Position numbers and translations under genes: made by a program
NCBI GenBank assembly: GCA_963666055.2
Contig: CAXWPH010000015.1
Location: forward strand, 1,184,001 to 1,248,000
From: Acidobacteriota bacterium
GTDB taxonomy: Bacteria; Acidobacteriota; UBA890; WLXD01
DNA length: 64,000 bases
Direction of reading: 5' to 3'
Notes under the pieces: generated by a model
Database searches by the model: none
The model's input: only the letters and a program-made list of their open reading frames with translations
What the model was told of the DNA's origin: nothing
In this document: positions 28,183 through 36,317 of the stretch, one piece after another
Numbering within the stretch: position 1 is the stretch's first letter
Layout of the letters: each line of letters opens with the position of its first letter

Positions 28183-29622
28183 ATGTTGGAGCTCGCGCTC
28201 GAGATCTTGTTGCCGCCGTTCGTGGCCTGCCTCGTGCTGACAGGGATTCACACTTACCTCGGGCTGCACGTGGTGGCGCGCGGCGTGATCTTCGTGGACT
28301 TGGCGCTGGCGCAGGTCGCCGCGCTGGGTGCGACCTTCGCTTTCCTGCTCGGGTACGATGCCGCCGGCACGGGCGGCTACCTGTACTCGCTGGCCTTTGC
28401 TTTTGTTGGCGCCACGGTCTTCTCGCTGTCGCGACTCAAGGACCAACGCGTTCCTCAAGAGGCGATCATCGGGATCACGTTCGCGGTTGCGAGCGCGGCG
28501 ACGATCCTCATCGCGGATCGCGCTCCCGAGGGGTCCGAGCTGATCCAAGCCATACTCGCCGGCAGCCTGCTGTGGGTCCCGTGGAGCAAGATTCTTGGCA
28601 CCGCCGCTATCTACGCGGTCATCGGCGCGTTCCACTGGAGGTACCGCGACCGTTTCCTGGCGCTGTCGATGAACCCGGCTCAGGCTGAAGCGTCGGGATG
28701 GAACGTGAGGCTGTGGGACTTCCTGTTCTACATGTCGTTCGGGTTCGTGATCACCTCGAGCGTGTCGATGGCCGGCGTGCTGCTGGTGTTCTCGTTTCTG
28801 GTGATTCCCGCGGTGATTGCCATGCTGTTCGCCACGCAGATACGGTCCCGGCTGATGATCGGCTGGGCCACCGGAACGCTGGTGAGCGTGATCGGCCTGG
28901 CGCTTTCGTATGCCTACGATCTGCCAAGCGGACCGGCCGTCGTCGGTGTGTTTGGCGTGGCCATGGCGCTGGCAGCTACGGTTCGTTATACGGCCAGTGC
29001 GGCGCGGCCTGCCGCGGCGCTGGCGCGTGTCGGAATCGTCGCGATGGCGGCGCTGATCGCCGTCGTAGTAGCTGTCCGCACGGCGCCGATCAGCGCCGTC
29101 GGGCCGGTGACCGGAGGCGCGGGAAGCACCACCAGCCCGGTTGCCGACTCCGCGGCGCCGGCGAGCGGCGCGGAGCGCGTCACCGACGCGTTGGCCGAAT
29201 TGCGCAACAGTAGTGGCACCGCCACCCAGGTGGTGAGCGCCATCGCCGAGTCGGGCGTCGATATCCACGAGCTCATGTCCTCTGGCTTGGTGAGCTTCAC
29301 CGAAGACGACGTTGCGGCGCTGCGCGAGGTTCCCGGAGCCGACGCGTTGAGCGTGCTGCACGAGATTGCCTTTCACGCCCCCGACGCGTGGGCTCGGTTG
29401 CGCGCCGCGGAGCACCTGGTGACTCAGGCCGGCACGCTTGGCGACGACGCGCTCCTGCAGCTCATGGTGGGAGACAATCCCGCGCTGCTGAAGGCCGAGG
29501 CCAACGAGGCCCTGGAGGCGGCGACCGGTCAGGACTTCGCCTTCGACCCGCTGGCTCCCGACCGGCAGGCGGAGGCCATCGCCCGCTGGCGCGCCTGGCT
29601 CATTGCCAACCCCAGCCGTTGA
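28183..29622 (+). CDS. Metal ABC transporter permease (ZnuB/MntB-like) with a C-terminal HEAT-like extension
   Basis: HTYLGLHVVARGVIFVDLALAQ, GVLLVFSFLVIPA, DLPSGP; extra helical tail of about 150 aa ending RWRAW. Confidence 0.85.
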   Translation: MLELALEILLPPFVACLVLTGIHTYLGLHVVARGVIFVDLALAQVAALGATFAFLLGYDAAGTGGYLYSLAFAFVGATVFSLSRLKDQRVPQEAIIGITFAVASAATILIADRAPEGSELIQAILAGSLLWVPWSKILGTAAIYAVIGAFHWRYRDRFLALSMNPAQAEASGWNVRLWDFLFYMSFGFVITSSVSMAGVLLVFSFLVIPAVIAMLFATQIRSRLMIGWATGTLVSVIGLALSYAYDLPSGPAVVGVFGVAMALAATVRYTASAARPAAALARVGIVAMAALIAVVVAVRTAPISAVGPVTGGAGSTTSPVADSAAPASGAERVTDALAELRNSSGTATQVVSAIAESGVDIHELMSSGLVSFTEDDVAALREVPGADALSVLHEIAFHAPDAWARLRAAEHLVTQAGTLGDDALLQLMVGDNPALLKAEANEALEAATGQDFAFDPLAPDRQAEAIARWRAWLIANPSR

Positions 29623-29627
29623 TCTAA

Positions 29628-30971
29628 TTCTCGCTGAATCGCGTCGCCAAGATCCTCTGCTCGGCGGTCTTCGTCTCGGGGCGCGAGCTGGATGAGGCGC
29701 TGCACAACAGCGCTCGCCGAATTCTCCCGGAGGCTGACTGGCAGCGGCTGGCGGGGCGCTCGGAAGGAGACTCCGACGCGGAGGTCAGCATCGACTGGAA
29801 TGCCCGTGCGGTGCGCGCCACGCTGCACGGCTTTAGCGGGCGCGCGAAGCACCATGGCGACCAGGGCTGCGTGATCCTGCCGACCGGGCTGGATGAGGTG
29901 TTCTTCAAGACCGTGACCGTCGAGAGCTCGCTGCCGGATCCCGCGCACCAGCCATGGCCGATGGGCAACCGACTCCCCGATCTGCCGCCGTTCCCGGCGC
30001 TGGATCAGGCGAAGGTGCAGCAGGCGGTCGATGCCGCGTTCCAGGGCGACGGGCTGACCGCCGCGTTCGTGGCCGTCCACAAGGGAAAGATCATCGCCGA
30101 GCGCTACGGGCAGGGTGCGAACAAGAACACCCAGCTGGAGAGCTGGTCGATGGGCAAGAGCCTCACAGCCACGCTGGTCGGAGTCCTGATCCAACAGGGC
30201 CACCTGAGCCTGGACGGTCCGGCGCCGGTGCGCCTGTGGCACGAAGACACGGCAGATCCACGCGGCCAAATCACCATCAGCGACCTGATGCGCATGAGCT
30301 CCGGCTTGCGGTTTAGCCATGCGAGTCAGCCGGCCTACGAGTGGGGCCGCGGCGTCCCCGACCACCTCTACGTCTACGCGGCGGCGATCGACGCGTTCAA
30401 CCTTTCGATCACGCGACCCGCCGAGTTTCCGCCGGGCTCCGTCGGCCGCTATCGCAACTCCGATCCGCTGACCTTGGGGTACATCATCCGACAAACCGTG
30501 GAGAGCCTCGGATACAACTACTTGTCCTGGCCACAAGCTGCTCTGTTCGATCGCATAGGCATTCGCAAGCAGGTGCTCGAGACCGACGCGTATGGAAACT
30601 TCCTTCTCACGGGCCACGACTACGGCACCGGGAGGAACTGGGCACGCCTCGGTTTGCTGTACCTGCAGGACGGCGTCTGGGAAGGCGAGCGGATCCTGCC
30701 CGAGGGGTGGGTGGAGTTCGTGAGCACGCCGGCGCCCGCCTGGGACCCTCCGGTGTATGGCGGGCTCTTCTGGATCAACAGCGACGGCCGTTGGAATGTG
30801 CCGCGGAGCGCGTACTACATGAGCGGAGCCGGCGGCCAGCAGGTCATCATCGTGCCCACCCACGATCTGGTGGTTGCCCGACTGGGTCACTCACGAGGAA
30901 GCGCGGCCGGGCAGGCGGCGCTCAACGTGGCTGTCGGGAAGTTGATCGAAGCGATCGAGAGGTCGCTGTAG
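29628..30971 (+). pseudogene. Serine hydrolase (AmpC/6-aminohexanoate-dimer hydrolase family), 5'-truncated
   Basis: SWSMGKS and YRNSD motifs; family-like N-terminal AKILCSAVFVSGR is in frame from 29631 but preceded by TAA, with no start codon or signal peptide. Confidence 0.7.
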
Positions 30972-30978
30972 GCCACGG

Positions 30979-31008
30979 AGGGTGGTGAAGAACTCTGGTG
31001 CGTCTGGC
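30979..31008 (+). repeat. Degenerate terminus of the variant MITE subtype
   Basis: agggtggtgaagaactctggtgcgtctggc resembles the TIR of the 43669-43947 copy. Confidence 0.6.
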
Positions 31009-31083
31009 AAGAAGGGACAGATCACGGCGGGAGTCGTCGTCGACTCCCGCCACGGTTCCCCATCGTCGCCCCGAGCTCAACCC

Positions 31084-31737
31084 TCAGGACACGGATCGCG
31101 TCCTTGCCCCGCCTACCGCAGCCTGCCGGCTATAGTCGAGCGCGTAGAGCACGTAAGCCGGGTAGATCCCGGTGCCCTGGGAGCCGGAGATCGTGTAGTT
31201 GTTGCGGCCCGTACCCCGAGACACGAAGGCGATCTCCACCCGCCCGGTGACGCTGCTGAAGCCCTTGTCCTCGGCGTGGGCGCCGAACGTGAAGTAGGTC
31301 CAGACGACCCCGGTGCCGGAGCCGATGGGCCGCACGCGATCCGGCAGCCCGAGCGTTACCGCGATGCGTCCGCGGTCCGACTTCCAGCCGCGGAACGGCG
31401 TGTCCCGGTATCTGGTGTTGGCATGGGCGACGCGCTCGTAGAACGCATCCTTGAACGGCCTCCCCTGGTCGCCGGGTTCGTTTTCACGACGCTCCCAGAA
31501 TCGGGCGATGAAGGAGGCGCGCTGGTCGGTGGTCGCCAGCTCGTTCCAGGTGTCGCTCTCCTCGTCGAGAATCAGGTACTCGGCTGGTCCGTCCAGCCAT
31601 CGGTCAGAGTCGCTCTCGTAGTAAGCCATCGCCGCGGCGCCCGTTGTCGGGTACTCGTCGCGCGCGGCTGCCGGCGCCGCCGGGGGCAGCGCAAGGATCA
31701 GGGCCACTGTCAGGGCGGTCGCGGTCGGAACTCTCAT
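31084..31737 (-). CDS. Secreted GWxTD domain protein (copy 1)
   Basis: Signal peptide, FIARFWERR, FYERVAHAN, GWKSDRGRIAVTLGLPD. Confidence 0.88.
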   Translation of the reverse strand: MRVPTATALTVALILALPPAAPAAARDEYPTTGAAAMAYYESDSDRWLDGPAEYLILDEESDTWNELATTDQRASFIARFWERRENEPGDQGRPFKDAFYERVAHANTRYRDTPFRGWKSDRGRIAVTLGLPDRVRPIGSGTGVVWTYFTFGAHAEDKGFSSVTGRVEIAFVSRGTGRNNYTISGSQGTGIYPAYVLYALDYSRQAAVGGARTRSVS

Positions 31738-31795
31738 GTCTTTCTCCTGTAGCCTCAGATCGGTAGGACCGAACCTCGTCGTCGGGCTCGGCGTT

Positions 31796-31838
31796 GGGCT
31801 CTACACATGATTTGTCCACGGCTCGCGAGGTGGTTACA
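31796..31838 (-). promoter_or_regulatory. Putative ECF-type promoter of GWxTD copy 1
   Basis: Minus strand tgtaaccacctcgcgagccgtggacaaatcatgtgtagagccc aligns without gaps to 50017-50059 (GTAACC...ACAA...GTAGAGCCC). Confidence 0.6.
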
Positions 31839-31898
31839 AGTAATGTGACTCAACGGCGCCCTGCTGGGGTATCGCCTGGGTCGAGTGATGGGCCTGTT

Positions 31899-31942
31899 AG
31901 CACCCAGATAGCCCACCTCGATGGCATCTGGCTGGAAACATC
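31899..31942 (+). repeat. 44-bp direct repeat, copy 1
   Basis: agcacccagatagcccacctcgatggcatctgg...acatc is repeated at 32659-32702. Confidence 0.8.
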
Positions 31943-32118
31943 CAGCGCCCTGCGGGAGAGCAACATCCGAACCCTGCAGGACCTCACGCTAGTGAACCTG
32001 GCGACACCCAGCACGATCCACGAGGATCAGCTGGCGTTGCTGCTGGAGGCTGCAGGCACCGCAAGAGTGCAGGCGCGGGAGGTGCAGGCCAGTAGTAGCT
32101 CGTCCCGTAGCGAACGGA

Positions 32119-32589
32119 CTACGAGGCCGGTCGGGTCAATGCCCAAAGCGGTAGAAGACCGAGACAGCCGAAGGTTGCAAGCCTCGTCAACGCGATCTTC
32201 TGCCAGGTCGTCCCCCGATCCAAGAGCGCCGCGTCGATCGTCTCCGAATAGGGTGACGATACGAGCGCCGTGTACTCGGGAAAGATGTAGGCGAGCGAGA
32301 CGATTGAGATCGCGATCGATCCGACTAGGGCGGAGAGCAGAAGCGTGCGCCGTGTACTGCGCCAATTTGCCGCGAGCGCTGCAACCAGGAACACGATAGC
32401 GAGCGTGTTAGTGATCCGCCAGAACGGTGCCGGATTGTAGACGTACTCGCCCTGGTACATCGCAAGAGAGGCCGGCGGCGCGGACAGAGCGACGGGGGTG
32501 ATGGACGCCTGGCTGTAGGCATCGGCGCCGACGAGCAGGTAGTGAGTGACGATCGCGCCTATTAGCAGAACGTCTCGGACCCTAGCCAT
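32119..32589 (-). CDS. Four-TM membrane protein (DUF1772-like)
   Basis: Hydrophobic helices, PPASLAMYQG...FW, TWQKIALTR; AAGGGGG upstream of ATG 32589. Confidence 0.55.
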   Translation of the reverse strand: MARVRDVLLIGAIVTHYLLVGADAYSQASITPVALSAPPASLAMYQGEYVYNPAPFWRITNTLAIVFLVAALAANWRSTRRTLLLSALVGSIAISIVSLAYIFPEYTALVSSPYSETIDAALLDRGTTWQKIALTRLATFGCLGLLPLWALTRPAS

Positions 32590-32658
32590 GCGGGAATCCC
32601 CCTTGTTGCCGCCATCAGGGTCGATTGAGCTACCCTCCGGCGCATGAAGCTCACCCCC

Positions 32659-32702
32659 AGCACCCAGATAGCCCACCTCGACGGCATCTGGGCCGAGACA
32701 TC
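32659..32702 (+). repeat. 44-bp direct repeat, copy 2
   Basis: agcacccagatagcccacctcgacggcatctgg...acatc; first 33 nt match copy 1 at 32 positions. Confidence 0.8.
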
Positions 32703-34171
32703 AAGGGTGAATCACGCCTCCCTCCTCAGCACCGATGTAGTTGGCCGCCGGATTGTTCAGCATGTACGAATAGACGATCTCTCCTGCCGGGATCTGCGGC
32801 CGCTGGTCCGCCTGCCACGGCAGGACAGTGCGTAGGCCGGCCAGGGCGTCCTCGGCGACCCGACCGAACGAACGGGCTGGGTTCTGTGCTTTGCGGACCT
32901 CGACCCAGTAACTCGCCGAGAGCATCTCCTGGGCGACGAGCCGCAGGGCGATATCCACGGCCTGTCGAGCCCGTGCCACACGTTGGCGGGTGTACGACTC
33001 CATGTCCTCGACGTTGCGGACGAGGCTGAGGCCTTGCGCCGGTACCGGGTTCGCCAGAGTCTGGATCTCGGCCATCAGGTCCGAGATCGCCCAGCTCGAG
33101 CCCCGCGAAGGTGCCTTGGCGCGCACCTCCGCGGAGAGCACATCGGCCGGCACAATCACAGTGAAGAAGGCGTCCGGGAAGCGCATGACGCGCTGCACCG
33201 AGCCGGCCAGACTCTCCGCAAGGGCCATCGAGAACGCCTGCAGGTCGTTAGCCATAGGCTGGGCCACGAAGTTCGCGCTCGAGAGAATGTAGCCGCCTTT
33301 TTCGGAGTACGGCCCGGGCTCGACGTAGTACCGCTTTAGCCAGGGGGTGTCGAGCTCCCACGAGTCGCTCGGTTTGGCGCCGGGCACGACAGCCGGGTTG
33401 TGGTCGGACGAGTTGATTTGGATCAGGACGGTACGCTTTAGCCGGTCGTAAGCCTCCCATAGCGTCCAGGCCGGCCCTCCGCAGAGCCTCCGCCGCCGTC
33501 ATGCGCTCACCCTTCCAGTACGCGTCGCCGACGCCAACCATCGTCCCTGCGACGTTCGACATCATCGGCAGGTCGCCCTCGCCCGGCGAGCCACGCGACC
33601 AGACGACAGGAGTGACCCGCTCGTTGATCAGGTCGATGAGCATCTGAGTCAGACCGGGCGTGGCCGCCTCGTAAACCATGGTGTTGGCGCGCACGACCAT
33701 CATCGCCCGCACGATTTCCTCTTCCCCGACCTCCGGGCCGACCCCCGAGCGCGCCCCACGCCGGAAGCTGGCGAGCTGCCGGTCTCGGAGCAGCTGCTCG
33801 TTGTCGGGCCGCAGCGCGTCCCCCTCGAAGATGACCGTTTCGCGCCCCGAACCAGCGCCACGATTGAAGAAGTAGATGGGCACGTTTTGGCGCGTGCCTT
33901 CGAGCAGGAGGTTGTAGGCGTCGAGGGAGCGCTGACGCGCCGAGGGGCCGTACTCCACCTTCGCTCCACGGCGCGCTACCGCAACGACCTTGTCGATCGT
34001 GAGGTCCTTGCCGGTGAGGACGATCGTCGTCCCCGTGTCGGACGGGTTGATGGGGTTCATCGCCGCCGCTTGACTGGCTACGGGCGGGGGCGCGATCGCT
34101 TGAGTGGCGACGGCGGCGGGTGCGATCGCTAGAATCGCCACGAGCACGCCCAACAGTCTGTGTGAATTCAT
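32701..34171 (-). pseudogene. Secreted aromatic amino acid ammonia-lyase (HAL/PAL) homolog with a non-MIO motif; internal deletion and frameshift near 33465
   Basis: LTIDKVVAVAR, VRAMMVVRAN, GSPGEGDL, AEALRRAGL; second frame has INSSDHNP, SANF, LANPV...NVEDMES. Confidence 0.75.
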
Positions 34172-34276
34172 CGCACGTATCCTCTACTGGCGAAGTCGCA
34201 GAACCTAACAGCGGACCGCGGGAGCTTGCAACGTATGCTCTCCGATCACGCCAGGTATGCTCGGGCCAATCGATGC

Positions 34277-34405
34277 GCCACGGGGGTAGAATTCGTGCTG
34301 GTCAACGGCGTGGTGGCCATCGACAATGGCCGCTACGCTGGCGCCCTCGCGGGCAACGTCTTGCTGAAGACTGACGACTACCCACCGAAAAGGAGGGAAG
34401 TATGA
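34277..34405 (+). pseudogene. C-terminal remnant of a D-aminoacylase/amidohydrolase
   Basis: ATGVEFVLVNGVVAIDNGRYAGALAGNVL; its TGA overlaps the next ATG (ATGA). Confidence 0.65.
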
Positions 34406-35865
34406 AGGAACAACCGAGGATCTCATTGAGCTCGCGGACGACTTCGTTGGCTTTCTTGTCGCTGCTTATGTTGGTCGGCCTCTTTGTTCAGGGCCGAACG
34501 ATGGCACAGGCACAGGAAGACGACGCCGGCTCTGCGCAATATGTCGGAGAGAACAATCAGATTCGGCGGGACAAGTTTGATCTCGTCCTTCCGTACGTCA
34601 TGCGGAAACGCAATGTCGACATGTGGATCCATGTGATGAGAGAGGCGATTCGCGATCCCTTCGGTGCGCAGGAGCTGGGGAGCACCTCCGGGGTGTTCGT
34701 ATTCACCGACCGCGGCGGCGACCGCATCGAACGCGCGATCCTCGGACGTCGCTGGGGAGCTTCACAGCGCGACTGGAGAAGCCCGGACTATGAAGATCCG
34801 ATGGAAGTGCTCGGAGCCTTCGACATCATCGGCAATTCGGTTCGCGTGCAAGAACCCTTGGCAAGCCCGGTGACTGAGTACGATCTCCGATTCGAGGGCC
34901 TCAGAGAGTTCGTTGCGGCGCGTGACCCTCAAAGTATTGCGGTGAATTTCAAGCGTGAGCTGGGAACGTGGCCGACGCGCTCGGGGCGGCCAGACGGCAT
35001 CTCGTATACCGATTACCTCCTGCTGGCCGAGGAGCTCGGGGAGAAGTATGCCGACAGGCTGATCTCGTCCGAATACGTAATGATGGACTACATCCACAAC
35101 AAGGTGCCGAGCGAGATAGAGCTGCTCCGGCAAATGCGCCTGAACGCAGCCGAGCGAGCAAGAGATGCCTTCGCGCGAGTCGTGCCGGGTGTAACCAGAA
35201 CCCGCGGAGGGGGCGTCACGGTCTTTCGCCGGATGAGCACGGGACAGTCACAGAGGGGAAGGAGCCCGGGTTGGGAAAACAGCGTCGTCGAGGGAGGCGA
35301 CATCCTCGCCGCCCCGAGCGTCGGGATGTACGCCTACGTTCTCCGTGAAGGTGAGACCGAGCCGCCTGCAGAGATCCAGAAGCTCTGGGCGGAGTATTTG
35401 AAAATCGACAAGATCCTGGCAGAGACCATCCGGTCAGGACGGACTCCTCGTGAGATCGTTCGAGCCTACAAGCAGAGATTCGACGCTGAAGGGATCATCG
35501 TTCAGGATGACCAATTGCACATGGTCGTCCCGAAGAACGACTTTCCCGCTTACTCGGCAGGTTTTGACCCCGGCAAAACCCACCTGAGCATCGACGCCCA
35601 TGGCCACATGAAAGGCGCGCGTGCCAGGTCGACCGAGACCTACTTCGGCCCCAGAATCGGCTCCTACGGTCCGGATTGGGCGTTGGACGTACCCCTCGCA
35701 CCCAATCACCACTTCGTTATCGAGTATTTCTTCTACATGCCGTCGCCTGCCCGAGAAGGCGAGGACCAATACTTGCTCTGGTGGGATCATGAGGAAGCGA
35801 TAGCCACCGAGAGTGGAATCGAGTACCTCACTCCACCGCAAGAAGAGTTATTGCTTATTCACTAG
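34402..35865 (+). CDS. Secreted M24 (Xaa-Pro aminopeptidase)-like protein with a degenerate metal site
   Basis: Signal peptide, RRDKFDLVLPYVMRKRNVDMWI, AYVLREGETEPP, PPQEELLLI; AGGAGG RBS. Confidence 0.65.
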   Translation: MKEQPRISLSSRTTSLAFLSLLMLVGLFVQGRTMAQAQEDDAGSAQYVGENNQIRRDKFDLVLPYVMRKRNVDMWIHVMREAIRDPFGAQELGSTSGVFVFTDRGGDRIERAILGRRWGASQRDWRSPDYEDPMEVLGAFDIIGNSVRVQEPLASPVTEYDLRFEGLREFVAARDPQSIAVNFKRELGTWPTRSGRPDGISYTDYLLLAEELGEKYADRLISSEYVMMDYIHNKVPSEIELLRQMRLNAAERARDAFARVVPGVTRTRGGGVTVFRRMSTGQSQRGRSPGWENSVVEGGDILAAPSVGMYAYVLREGETEPPAEIQKLWAEYLKIDKILAETIRSGRTPREIVRAYKQRFDAEGIIVQDDQLHMVVPKNDFPAYSAGFDPGKTHLSIDAHGHMKGARARSTETYFGPRIGSYGPDWALDVPLAPNHHFVIEYFFYMPSPAREGEDQYLLWWDHEEAIATESGIEYLTPPQEELLLIH

Positions 35866-35916
35866 CGTCCTGACTCAGGCCACTTCTATGAGAAGGCCTA
35901 GCTCGGTCAAGGGCAA

Positions 35917-35949
35917 CGTGGTGGAAGTGTGGCGGGGCTGGCGACAGGG
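35917..35949 (+). repeat. Degenerate MITE terminus
   Basis: cgtggtggaagtgtggcggggctggcgacaggg resembles the TIR plus the start of arm A. Confidence 0.6.
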
Positions 35950-36019
35950 CGCCCTCGGAATGCTCGTGCGCATATTTTAATCAGCTACAGAATGTAATTC
36001 TGCTGTCGTCAGTGCTATT

Positions 36020-36046
36020 AAGTCTTTAAGTGATTAATAAAGACTT
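36020..36046. promoter_or_regulatory. AT-rich inverted repeat AAGTCTTTA-N9-TAAAGACTT
   Basis: Perfect 9-bp arms inside an AT-rich patch of about 110 bp upstream of the HD-GYP gene. Confidence 0.45.
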
Positions 36047-36317
36047 TTAAGTGTCACAGGATAGCCTTTATAGTTGGAGTCTCAGGATCTGAGCCCGCGC
36101 CCCGGCGGGCCCACCAGAGGTAATCGGGGGGACCGGCAGTGCCGACGATAACGCGGAAGATCGAGACCTCTCATCCTGTGCCCAGCCGTCATTCGGGGCG
36201 CGAGAGCGACCAGTTGGGTAGCTTCCCAGATCGGTGGTCGGCATGGTATCGGCCCGCTCGCGGCATGCCCGGCGACTGCCTTCGCGTTCCCTACTGAGGG
36301 CCTGTGTTAGGGGATCA

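Noticed and set aside
27172-29415. 747-aa minus-strand ORF and similar long antisense ORFs elsewhere
   Set aside because: They overlap well-supported genes on the other strand and have no recognisable motifs
36080-36317. c-di-GMP riboswitch upstream of the HD-GYP gene
   Set aside because: The conserved GEMM elements are not recognisable
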